DNA from: Azolla caroliniana | Lineage: Eukaryota; Plantae; Polypodiophyta | NCBI GenBank assembly: GCA_043228905.1 | Contig: JBHGNT010000014.1 | Location: 7,068,001-7,132,000 of the forward strand | Reading direction: 5' to 3' | DNA length: 64,000 bases | Notes under the pieces: generated by a model | Told to the model about the DNA's origin: nothing | The model's input: only the letters and a program-made list of their open reading frames with translations | Database searches by the model: none | Position numbers and translations under genes: made by a program | Shown here: piece after piece, positions 22,601-32,000 of the stretch | How positions within the stretch are numbered: position 1 is the first letter of the stretch | How the letters are laid out: every line of letters starts with the position of its first letter

Positions 22601-23252
22601 TGTTGGCTTGTATTTTATCGAACACATCAGCATACTGACGATACTTCTCGGGAAGTTGAACGATGGACTCCTCTTTGGTGGTGCTGGAGGGTTGTACTGA
22701 TATTGCGAAGAGAAACATGTCCTCCTTGTGCCCTTCCTCACGCAACTGATGTAGTGAAATGGTTGCAATCTTCTGGGTAGATCCTTGGGTTTGTCGAAAC
22801 TGAATTTTCCTTGTCCTCCAATCTATGTCTGGGTTATGTAACTCAAACCATGGTAATCCTAAAACTATGGGATGTTCTGGAATACTAATTATATTAAATG
22901 ATATTACACATGCTAGATTATCTAGGACAACATTAACGGGCTCTGATTCTTCTATGATATTTCCGGAAGCAATGGGACGACCATCAATGACTACTACGGA
23001 GGCTGGACACGAGAGTTTTCTAAGAGATATCTGATGAGCTTGGGCAAAATTCTTATCCATAAAGCAAGAGTTTGCTCCGGAATCTAGGAGTGCTAAGACA
23101 TGTACTGGAGGGGTACTTTTAGTACTAACGGCTACTTGGGCTACGAACACATTGCTAACTTGCTTAGAGGAAATGGAACCACTAGTGGGCTGCACAGATC
23201 TAGGGCTGTCCAACCAAACGGCTCCTATTTTGGCTGGACTTAGTCGTTTAAC
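19674..23252 (-). CDS. pol: Pol (PR-RT-RH-IN-chromodomain), in the -1 frame relative to gag
   Basis: LLDSGA, YLDD, ADAS..ELLAIV, H..H..C..C zinc finger, DGQAER, chromodomain EYEVAAILD..YLVDWLGY..TWEP; the frame is open upstream of 23213 to the slippery site. Confidence 0.96.
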   Translation of the reverse strand, partial: VKRLSPAKIGAVWLDSPRSVQPTSGSISSKQVSNVFVAQVAVSTKSTPPVHVLALLDSGANSCFMDKNFAQAHQISLRKLSCPASVVVIDGRPIASGNIIEESEPVNVVLDNLACVISFNIISIPEHPIVLGLPWFELHNPDIDWRTRKIQFRQTQGSTQKIATISLHQLREEGHKEDMFLFAISVQPSSTTKEESIVQLPEKYRQYADVFDKIQANTLPHHRPYDCPIDLQPGKEPPWGPIYNLSPTELEVLRAYIEENLANGFIRHSKSPAGAPIFFVKKKDGSLRLVVDYRGLNKVTIRNRYALPLISSLLERINGARFFTKIDLRGAYNLVRIRPGDEWKTAFRTRYGHFEYTVMPFGLTNAPAVFQHMANDIFRDLLDNFLIIYLDDLLVYSKTQEEHDSHVLSVLKRLREHGLYAKLEKCSFGCNQVEFLGYVISSEGISMDPAKVKTVVDWQTPRSVRDVQCFLGFANFYRKFIQDYSRIVLPLTQLTRKGQAFIWSEETDLAFENLKKAFTSAPILGHVDPEKPFIIEADASDFALGSILSQHGNDEKLHPVAFHSRKFDAAEINYEIHDKELLAIVDSFMQWRHFLEGSPHPVTVFSDHKNLAYFQDARVLNRRQARWAHFLTRFDFKITYRPGKHQGKADALSRRSYLAPRPGEPAFDNQKQVILGPARLQAAQIFDMPMDSRVIDTIREDLKTDAFAQAILKQIDPSQASCSESQQPGTDYRQFQYHDGLLFFKTLLYVPNGTGRLQVVQSCHDTYTAGHFGSTKTLDLVQRSFWWPHMRQFVEDFVRTCDTCCRAKMPRHHPYGLLEPLPIPSKPWQSIALDFITDLPMSKGFDAILTVVDRYTKMAHFLPCTKEISSEGTAEIVMREVCRHHGLPDSIISDRGPQFVSKFWKHFFKMLQVTCNLSSGYHPQTDGQAERTNQTLEQYLRCFLSYHQDDWADILHFAEFAYNNSVHSSTKVTPFYAYTGCHPRWCVVETPELPTNPCAEDRLERLHKIQADLSTQLQQAQQAHKVYADRHRLPSSFDIGDRVWLLRRHVKTTRPCEKLDYRRLGPFRIIGKINDVAFRLELPPHLRIHPVFHSSLLEPYRESTIPGRIPPPPPPIELEDGPEYEVAAILDSKITRNKLYYLVDWLGYSPSERTWEPIENVTNARALLEDFHRRYPHKPGPQSKTTRDTRRF
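23198..23252 (-). promoter_or_regulatory. -1 ribosomal frameshift signal (G TTA AAC, 6-nt spacer, 11-bp stem)
   Basis: GTCCAGCCAAA pairs with TTTGGTTGGAC; conserved at about 38440-38495. Confidence 0.82.
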
Positions 23253-24439
23253 TCTTCTTCTAACTGACTAAGGACATCAAATTTGTTTGCTAGGTTCGGA
23301 CTGTAAGTACTATTAGGACTATCATGCACACCTAGGGAAATAGACTCGGTTTTAGTACTGTTAAAACTATCATGCGTAGCTAAGGCAATAGACTCAGGTT
23401 TAGTACTATTAGTACTAGCAGTAATTTGGTTTACCTGCCTTTTTGGCCTATGGGGACAATTTATTGCAATGTGTCCTGGTCCACCGCAGTAAAGACATAG
23501 TCGATTTGTACGACGTCGCTGCTTTTCCTCTTCGGATAATGGCCCTCGACGACGTGTTGTGTCAATCTCCATCGGAGTCGGAGTATTCGCTGGAGGTGCA
23601 AGGTATGACTCCCTCGGAAAAGGTCTTGATGTCACTGAGGCGTAGGTGGGCTCCGATCTTGCCCTTGGCATCTGTAGTTGTCGTTCCGAACGACGCTCAA
23701 ATAGACGGTTGTCGCATCTTACCGCGCGACTAATTGCTTCTGTTAAGGACTTCGGCTCTTCGGGGAAGGTCAAGAGTAAATCCTTGACATCGTTGCGTAA
23801 ACCGTAACGGAATTGCTCCATTAACGCTTGATCATCCCAAGGAATATCGGCGGCGAGTAGGCGAAAATCTGCAGCGTATGCGGAGGCTGGACGATCACCT
23901 TGACGTAATCGCCGAATTTTGTTGATTGCGGTTCTGATGCTGTCAGTATCTCCGAAACATGCTTTAAACTCACCGATAAATTCTTCAAAATTATTGAGCA
24001 ACGGGGATTCCTTTTCTAATAGGGGAGCGAACCACGCCAACGCTGAGCCACTTAATAAAGTTCCTACTAAACCCACTCGTGATGCATCGGTGGGATATCG
24101 ACAAGGATGCATTTGAATAACTAGTCGTACCTGATTAAGGAACCCTCTAAACTGCGATCGCGTTCCATCAAACTTCGTGGGAAGGCCAATCTTGGGTTCT
24201 TTATGAGTTCCTTGTGTTGCGGGCCCGTGTTGTTGCATCGCCACGATGGTTGCTTCGAGTTGTTGTACGCGTAACGCAAGTTCCCCATGCTGTTGCTGCG
24301 TTTGCTGTTTTTCTAAGGAGATTTGTTGAAGATCCCCCAGCAACCGTTGGTTTTCTTGTTCCAAAGCATGAAATTTCTCCTTCAAACATTGAAACTCCGA
24401 AAAAACGGATTGATATTCTTCAGCGCTAACAGTGGCCAT
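23240..24439 (-). CDS. gag: Gag (coiled coil, capsid, CCHC zinc knuckle; Sushi/PEG10-like)
   Basis: 399-aa ORF with PTKFDG, LRQG, FRYGL, PMEID and CLYCGGPGHIAINC. Confidence 0.96.
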   Translation of the reverse strand: MATVSAEEYQSVFSEFQCLKEKFHALEQENQRLLGDLQQISLEKQQTQQQHGELALRVQQLEATIVAMQQHGPATQGTHKEPKIGLPTKFDGTRSQFRGFLNQVRLVIQMHPCRYPTDASRVGLVGTLLSGSALAWFAPLLEKESPLLNNFEEFIGEFKACFGDTDSIRTAINKIRRLRQGDRPASAYAADFRLLAADIPWDDQALMEQFRYGLRNDVKDLLLTFPEEPKSLTEAISRAVRCDNRLFERRSERQLQMPRARSEPTYASVTSRPFPRESYLAPPANTPTPMEIDTTRRRGPLSEEEKQRRRTNRLCLYCGGPGHIAINCPHRPKRQVNQITASTNSTKPESIALATHDSFNSTKTESISLGVHDSPNSTYSPNLANKFDVLSQLEEELND

Positions 24440-24505
24440 GGGATGAAAGAGAAGAGGAATTAAGAGACTAGTAGGAAAGGGGAGAGATAAGAGGGAGAGG
24501 AAGGG

Positions 24506-24520
24506 AAAATTGGTTCAAAC
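24506..24520 (-). promoter_or_regulatory. Non-tRNA PBS, putatively self-priming
   Basis: Sense GTTTGAACCAATTTT has no TGG and is complementary to AAATTGGTTCAA inside the LTR. Confidence 0.8.
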
Positions 24521-24965
24521 TGTCAGGAATCAGTAGTAAGACGGAGACGGAATTAGTACTAAACGAAGGATTAGTACTACAGAGAAGGGATTAGTACTAA
24601 ACGAAGGATTAGTACTATGAGGGGTGTAGAACTTCTTGAGAGAGAAGGAAGAAGTGAGCGAGACAGAGAGACAGAGAGAGAGAGAAATATATGTATTACG
24701 TGAAGAGAATGTACAACTGTGGCTAGAAGGCTTAAGACTGGCGTTGAACCAATTTGGTTCAACATAACGCCTAGTGCCCTCTTTTATAGTATTTCTAAGA
24801 GTAATCCTGAAGCTTCTAGAATGTTCCAGAGAAATCTGGAATATACATCAATTTCTAAAATAAAACATAAATGAAAATAATATCCTACAACTTATAATGT
24901 ATAGTCTAATGGTAAGACCTCGACCCATGTAGCATAAGGTCATGGGTTCGAGTCTTGCCATGACA
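24521..24965 (-). repeat. 5' LTR of the intact chromovirus (TATAAAA at 24788-24782)
   Basis: Direct repeat of 19218-19662. Confidence 0.97.
24808..24827. promoter_or_regulatory. Heat-shock element, four perfect alternating nGAAn units (also at 19505-19524, 11913-11932, 35131-35150)
   Basis: tGAAgcTTCtaGAAtgTTCc, about 20 bp upstream of the LTR TATA box. Confidence 0.72.
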
Positions 24966-25173
24966 CATCCCTGTTCATAGTGATAGTTGGAGTTTGAGGA
25001 CTCCCGTGGTTTTTCCCATTTAGGGTTTTCCACGTAAAACATCCAGTGTACCTTTCTCTCTATTGTTTTGTGCATTTTCTATTTCCTGTTTTCTGTGAGT
25101 TGATCCCATTCCTCGGTTGTGGCCGAGCACTGTTTTTCAACAAATTGGTATCAGAGCGACGGTAACACAGAAA

Positions 25174-27855
25174 ATGGAAGGCGGCGGTAGTGGGCCTCCG
25201 GGCATGATGGTGCTGAACGCGCAGAACTACGCCGACTGGAAGATAAAGATGGAGGATCTGCTCATTGTTCGGGACCTGTATGAACCGATCGACAGGTCGG
25301 AAATACCCAAGGGGGTACTTGAGTCGGAGTGGAAGCTCCTGAACCGGAAAGCCGTAGCGACGATCCGACAATATGTCGATGTAAGCGTCCTACAACATGT
25401 GGCGAACGACACCAACGCATATGAGATGTGGAAGAAGCTGTCGGGCCTCTACGAGAGGAAGAATGCGTTGAACCGGACCTCCCTGATGAGGAAGATAGTG
25501 AACCTCAAGTACCGGGACGGCGAGAGTATGGTGGAACACGTAAGCACGTTCATGGGATTCGTGAACCAGCTTGCGGCGATCAAGTTCCCGTTGGAGGATG
25601 CAATGCAAGCCATCATCCTGATGTGTACATTGCCGGAAAGCTGGGAGAACTTGGTGGTGACTCTCAGCACCTCCTGCACGGAAGATAACTTGTCCCTACA
25701 AACGGTAAAGACAAGTATTTTGAACGAAGAAGCGCGTCGGAGAGATAAAGAACCGGTCTCCGACTCGAAGGCGCTGCTTACCGAATCGGATCGGGGAAGA
25801 CAATGGCACCGGAGTCCGCAAAGACGAGAGAAGTCGGGGACCCGGTCGCAGTCAAGAGGAAGGCCCACATGCTTCCACTGTGGGAAGCCGGGGCACTTCC
25901 GGAAGAATTGTCGGCATTACCGAAAGGACAACGGAGCCGACGACACCGATTCGAAGAAGTCACCGGAGAGAAACGGTGCATACCGGGGAGCGACGGACCG
26001 GAGAGGTTCGGATCGGCGAGGGCAGGACCGGAAAGGAACGACGGCACTCGCGGCAAGTGAAGAAGAGATAATGCTCATTACCGAAGAGAGGGAGCTGAAC
26101 CTTGCCGGCGTAGAGATGACCTGGGTGGTCGATTCCGGAGCGTCGTTCCACCTGACCCCGGAGAAGAAATACTTCTCATCCTACACAGCTGGTGAGCACG
26201 GCTTTGTCCGGATGGGAAATGAAGGTACATGCCGGATTGCCGGCATAGGAGATGTGTGGTTGATGACATCAACCGGATGCAAGATGCTGCTGAAGGATGT
26301 TCGACACGTTCCGGAGGTTCGATTGAACCTGATTTCGGCCGGGAGACTAGACGATGAAGGCTACACGGGTAGCATCTGGAACGGTGTCATGAAGTTCAGC
26401 AAAGGGAGCCTGATAGTGGCTCGGGCCCGGAAGGTCAACACCCTGTACCTGATGAATTCCCGGCTCTGTCCGGAGGAGCTGAACGTGGCAGCCGACACTG
26501 CCGGTGAGCTGTGGCACAAGAGACTGTGCCACATGAGTGAGAAGGGGATGAAGAGGCTTGCAGAAGACAACCTTATTCCAGTGAAGCATGTGCACCTGGA
26601 GAAGTGCACCGACTGCCTGGCCGGTAAGCAAAACCGGACCTCCTTCCACTCAAGGCCACCGACGAGACGTAGCGCACCATTGGAGCTGGTGCACACTGAT
26701 GTGTGTCAGGTAGAAACGAAGTCACATGGCGGAGCCCAGTACTTCGTGAAATTCATTGATGACCACAGCCGGAAGCTGTGGACGGCACCGTTGAAGACAA
26801 AGGACCAAGTGTTGTCCGTCTTCAAAGAACTCCACGCGAGAGTGGAAAGGGAATCCGGCAAGAAGCTGAAAGTGATACGAGCGGATAACGGAGGGGAATA
26901 CCGGGGGCAGTTCCAGGAGTACTGTCGCTCGAAGGGAATCCGGCTCGAGTTTACTGTGCCGAAGACGCCGGAACTGAACGGGCTGGCCGAGAGGATGAAC
27001 CGGACCATAATGGAGAGGGTCCGGAGTATGCTGGCGCATGCGAAATTACCCAAGGGGTTTTGGGCTGAGGCGATGTCGACGGCGACATACGTGATAAACA
27101 GATCACCCTCAGTACCTTTGGACGGAGACACGCCGCAGAGAGTGTGGACCGGTAGGGAAGTATCCTACCGGCATCTGAAGGTGTTCGGGTGTCTCGCATA
27201 CGTGCATGTGGCAAAGGACCGGAGAGGAAAGCTAGATCCAAAGACCCGGCCATGCATATTCCTCGGTTACGGTGACGACGAGTTCAGCTACCGAGTATGG
27301 GACCCGGTCGACAAGAAGATATTCAGGAGTCGAGATATCATCTTCATGGAGGACAAGACACTCGCCGACTGGGAGTCGGAGAAGAAGATGAAGAGCTCCA
27401 AGTCGACCGGTGAGGATAAACTCTACGAGGAGCAGTCCCGACCGGCAAGGGACCGGTTAGCACTCGAGGATCCGGCCGAAGACGGTGAAGAAACAGAACC
27501 GGCCGAAGAAGAAGATGAAAATGATACCGGAACCGGCCCCGATCCCGAAATGGATTCGGATGAAGAAGAAGAATCGGAAGAACCGGTTACCGAAGCTCCC
27601 GAACGGAGATATCCTCTAAGAGAGAGAAGGGCCCCCCGGAGATTTCCGGAACCAGAGCACCTGCTGCTAACAGACGAGGGGGAGCCGGAAAGTTTTGAAG
27701 AAGCAAAACATGACACCCAGAGCCGCAGGTGGTTGAGTGCCATGCAGGACGAGATGGATTCCCTGCATGAGAATCACACATATGAACCATATATATATAG
27801 AATCATATATGTGCCTGTTAACATCCTACCCATAACCACCCCTTTGGTGGCGTGA
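25174..27855 (+). CDS. Tnt1/Tork-like Copia polyprotein (Gag-ZnK-PR-IN), cut at the RT start; last ~22 aa are read-through into foreign DNA
   Basis: ATG at 25174; CFHCGKPGHFRKNC, WVVDSGASFH, LWHKRLCH, TPELNGLAERMNRT, AMQDEMDSLHENHTYE. Confidence 0.93.
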   Translation: MEGGGSGPPGMMVLNAQNYADWKIKMEDLLIVRDLYEPIDRSEIPKGVLESEWKLLNRKAVATIRQYVDVSVLQHVANDTNAYEMWKKLSGLYERKNALNRTSLMRKIVNLKYRDGESMVEHVSTFMGFVNQLAAIKFPLEDAMQAIILMCTLPESWENLVVTLSTSCTEDNLSLQTVKTSILNEEARRRDKEPVSDSKALLTESDRGRQWHRSPQRREKSGTRSQSRGRPTCFHCGKPGHFRKNCRHYRKDNGADDTDSKKSPERNGAYRGATDRRGSDRRGQDRKGTTALAASEEEIMLITEERELNLAGVEMTWVVDSGASFHLTPEKKYFSSYTAGEHGFVRMGNEGTCRIAGIGDVWLMTSTGCKMLLKDVRHVPEVRLNLISAGRLDDEGYTGSIWNGVMKFSKGSLIVARARKVNTLYLMNSRLCPEELNVAADTAGELWHKRLCHMSEKGMKRLAEDNLIPVKHVHLEKCTDCLAGKQNRTSFHSRPPTRRSAPLELVHTDVCQVETKSHGGAQYFVKFIDDHSRKLWTAPLKTKDQVLSVFKELHARVERESGKKLKVIRADNGGEYRGQFQEYCRSKGIRLEFTVPKTPELNGLAERMNRTIMERVRSMLAHAKLPKGFWAEAMSTATYVINRSPSVPLDGDTPQRVWTGREVSYRHLKVFGCLAYVHVAKDRRGKLDPKTRPCIFLGYGDDEFSYRVWDPVDKKIFRSRDIIFMEDKTLADWESEKKMKSSKSTGEDKLYEEQSRPARDRLALEDPAEDGEETEPAEEEDENDTGTGPDPEMDSDEEEESEEPVTEAPERRYPLRERRAPRRFPEPEHLLLTDEGEPESFEEAKHDTQSRRWLSAMQDEMDSLHENHTYEPYIYRIIYVPVNILPITTPLVA

Positions 27856-29090
27856 TATAGAAGGACACCCTATGTTTGAGGCCAGTCTAGCCCAGGATAA
27901 ACACAATTTTGGCAACCACAACGGCGGATCCCCCCTTTGGACAAAGTCAATGCATATATGTGATAGAAATGTGTGAGGAATGATGACGACGATGTGCGAG
28001 AGGAAGTCACGAAATGATATGCAGCATTGCGATGCGCGAGTAATGGCGACACTATGTTTGTGAGTGTGTGAGAAATGGTGAAGATGTTTAGAAGATGTCA
28101 ATGAATGATACACAACGATGATGTGCGAGAGAGCACGAAATGGAATCAACAAGAAAATTTGTGAGAAGAACAATGATGTTTGTGTGCGAGTGCAACAACA
28201 ATGACACGATGCAAAATGCGAGAACGACAACGACATTCATGTGAACGTGCGGTGAGCGACAATGTTCATGTTTCCAAATGCGTGGTGCAAGATGCACGGT
28301 CGGACGAACAACGATGGAGAAGGAACCGGAAAAGAAACTCCAGATACAAGTAACATAGAGGGAACTGGTGCAAGCACGACTGGAAAGAGAAGCCCACTAG
28401 GAGAGTGCGGAGGAAGAAGCAATGTGTGGAGTGGAGGCCGGTAGGAAGTGTTGAGAATGCACAGGAGATGGTTCTTGAAGAATTAACGCGGAGATAGCCA
28501 GGACCGGAATCAGTAAAAGAAAGCCAGCAGAAGGGCCACAGTAGAGGTAGAAGCAGAAGCAGACGGAGACGCAAACTGGCAAAAGTTGACGACCAGAAAA
28601 ATGAGCAACACCAAAAGACACAATTGGACGCACCAAACAGTCGAACCGACGGACACAGACAAACACGGCCGAACGAAATGGAGAACGAACAGACATGGCC
28701 GAATGTGCCCAAATCAACTGACCCAAGGAACAGAAGATAAAAAAACACAAAAGGAAGAATGGTCCGATGGTAGCACAAGCGGCAGAAGAGAACGGACAGG
28801 ACGAACAACTACCGGAGTAGCCGAAGCACAAGGGGATGGAAATCCATGGACCGGACAAAATGCCAGAGAATGGAAGGAACCGGGAAAACAACCCAGACGG
28901 CCGGATAGAAATGAAGAGACCAAAAGACATAGCCAAAAAGCGGCGGCACTGATGTGGCGGCCCAACAATGGTTGGAACGACAACCGAAACGGACCAGAAG
29001 ATGATGGACAATGCCGAACAAAGGGATGGAGACGACCGGAACGGGCCGGACTTAGACGGATCAATGGATGAACAGTGGCGTGGACAACAT
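27800..29090 (+). mobile_element. Family C: end of 5' LTR, PBS TGGCAACCACA 27910-27920, low-complexity leader or gag N-terminal region
   Basis: Similar to the reverse complement of 16528-16630; boundaries approximate. Confidence 0.6.
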
Positions 29091-32000
29091 TGATTAGCAC
29101 ATGTAAGATATAAAATTAAGCACAGACGGTAAGTAGACAAGATACGCAATACTCAAATCCAGAAACAAACTTATATGACTTCTGTCGTTCATTACATTGC
29201 TTTCTAGATCCTTTTATAGCCTTCCGGTTCTAGTTACGAAACAATGCCCAATAGGCAACCGGCTATGAATCAGTCTGGATCCCGATCGGTGCAACTATTT
29301 AGGATCCGTCCATTCCTATAGTATTTCCTACTAATTAATCTAATAATAATATTCATTCCCGAGTCATCCCTTTGCTCCACTTATCATCTGGATGATACTC
29401 TAGCCAACACATGGCACGTCGTGGGACAGTGCATTGCACGTCGAACCCACAGTTAGCTTCTTCACTCATCGTTGAGTATGTCCAAAATATTGTGATCCAA
29501 GGGTTCGTGCGATCCTTCACTCTGTTGTTGTTGCTCCTATTGTTCTTCGACTACTTCCGGCTAACGTTCTTCTTCTCCTGCTTTAGCTCTAGCATTCTCT
29601 CCATTTCCGGCTTGGGCAGCCTGTTCTGTTCTGGCTTCTTCCATTTGAATCGTTACCGACTCCATCTGGCAGCTCCACTCTGACTTCCTTTGGATGCTGG
29701 TTTGGTTGCTCATTTGACTATTCCTCATCGTTTATTTTTATGGCTCTTTTCTGCGCTTCTAATCGTCGGCGCTCCCGCTTGTATCGCACGAACTGTAATT
29801 GTGTTCCGAGTTGATCATCATCGAGTCTTTCAATCAGCCTTGAGACAGCTTTGAGGTGAGTGTCAGCCAAAGAAAAGAAGTCGCTCGACAAATTCTCTCG
29901 AATGGTGACAATACTTTCTTCGTCCATCTTGTAGAATTTGTCGTCTTCCTTCTTCTGGTTTTCCGCATTGGCTTGGAGGATCTGTAGTTCTACCGCTTGT
30001 TGTGACCATTGATTCCATACCTCTGTCAAACACTCGTCAATATTGATCTTCGTCCGGTTTTTCCATGCCGTGACTATGAGCCGGATTCGTTCGAGGCTGA
30101 GCTTCGTGCTGTCCTCCGTGGCCTGCTTCTCGTCCTTAAGCTTTTTGATGAGGGCAGGGGTGGCCTTAGCCTACCCTTCATGTTCTAGCAAAGTTGGTTT
30201 GGTAGGTAGTTTGGACCCTATCCAAAGCCATTTTTGCCCATTCTAATTTGTCATTGTGCTTTGCGGTGAGCTGTCTTCTTTCCCTCGCCGCTTCTTCCAA
30301 CATCTTCATAGTTGAGACAGTCATCCTTTGTTCTTCTACCAACGCCTTTGTTTCCTTTAACACTTCTGTCCGAACTTCCTTCAGTTTCTCTTGCTACCAG
30401 TCAAAATCCGACCCCAGCTTCTTGTGTTCCGCTTCAAGCTGCTTATGGTCCCGGTGTAGCTTTTCGAAGTCCTCCGTTTTCTACTTCCGCTGCCGGTTTA
30501 TTTGAGAGCGTGCCCGGTCCTCTTTGTCCTCCTGTTGCCGAATTTATTCTTTACCCGTTCTATTTCCATTTCTCCCATTCTTCGAAGCTTGTCTTTTTCT
30601 TATAACAACTTCTCTCTTTCCTCCTTCAGCCGGTCGTTGCTCAATTGACTCTTCCGGAGGCTTTCTTCCATTCTCCGTCTTTCTTCTTCAGCTATTTTCA
30701 TATGTTCCCTTTTTCTTTCTCTTAATGCTTCTTGAGCGGCAAGTTCCTCCCTTACTGTTAACATTTCCTGTTCCCGCTCCATCTCTTTTATCGGGGTTGT
30801 GCTGGCCTCCGGTTGTGCATCCATTTCCAGGGCTTCTTTCCGTAGATTAGCTAGTTCTACCGGCTTTGTTCCGGAGGTTGTGTTTTGGCCCATCTTTGAC
30901 ATGAGGACCCCGAACTCCTTAGCCCTTGCGAGCTCCTCGCCGAGACTCTGAATCTGATTTCTAGCCTTATCCAATTTGTTGGTTTTTGTCAGCAATTGTT
31001 CCACTGATCACCGCTCCACACGTTGTTCTTCATCCATCCGTCCACCACACTAGATAGCTCTTTGCCAAGACATTCTAACCATTGTCGGTAGGTTCCATGT
31101 TGTGTGAGTGCAACGAACTGCTGCACAGGCTCCAATTGTCGTTCTTCCTCCTCCTAGAGCCATTGTGCAAACGACGCTTCTTGCTTCGGTGTCCTCTACG
31201 GTTGGCGTACCTCTTGCTACTGCTACCCAAGAAGACCCGGTGAGGTAAGTCTTTTTGTAACCTGTTGCTGTTGAACTATTGCCACCACTTCTGGTCTTGT
31301 TACTGGCACTTCCTCCGTCCTGGGTTCCACCACCGTTGAGCGGGACTTCGGGGTATTGTCCTTCTCCGGACCCGATCCTTCTCCCTGCCACTCCCTGTCG
31401 CACTTGCTTGGGTGATGTTGGAGGGTTTCGGTTGGTTCTTCTTCAACATCATCTTCCGCGGTTTCCTTGTTGACCCTGCGTACTAGTTCATTTTGGTCTC
31501 TGTCATGTCGGGGCAACGTTATCTTGATCGGTTTTGCCATGTTTTCCGGAACTTCCTCCACTGGTTCCGGCCTTCGGTTTGCCGGAGCTTCCTCTTCCCT
31601 CCAAGATGATTCTCCTGCTGTCCATCCGGGGGGGTGTTTCATTAGGAGCTGTTGCTGTTTGGATGACTTATTGGTGTAGTTTCCGGCCGGGCTCGCTTCT
31701 TTGGCTTGATGGCGCGTGTTGGGGGTACCAATAGTGTTAGCCACTTTGCTAATCCGTCTGATGCCTTCTTCCCATCAATTACAGACGTTATTCCTGCCCA
31801 TAACGAGTTGGCCACAATCACCGGCTAGTTCACCTTGAGGCCTTTGAATGTTGCGATTATGAATCCAGCCCTATTTTTTGGCATGGCAAGTCGTCGAGGG
31901 TGGACAAATCCATATTCCAAGAGGCCCCGAGCTACTTCCCGGAACCGGGGATTCTCGCCGCCTTGTGTCCAATAAGCCTTGCTAGCTAGCTATGAAGTAT

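Larger units (their letters stand above)
19218..24965 (-). mobile_element. Intact, very young Gypsy chromovirus (Tcn1-like; probably the P. patens RLG1 type)
   Basis: Two 445-bp LTRs with one visible mismatch, perfect TSD CATCC (19213-19217 and 24966-24970), uninterrupted gag and pol, PPT at about 19663-19675. Confidence 0.97.
18704..27790 (+). mobile_element. Copia family B element: split 5' LTR (18704-19217 and 24966-25142), PBS 25146-25157, open gag-PR-IN, truncated at the start of RT
   Basis: LTR TGTTGGG...TTCAACA, then AAT TGGTATCAGAGC; the chromovirus sits inside the LTR. Confidence 0.92.

Noticed and set aside
28266-29149. Hydrophobic minus-strand ORFs as membrane or env proteins
   Set aside because: They are the mirror of a purine-rich low-complexity plus strand; no conserved motif.
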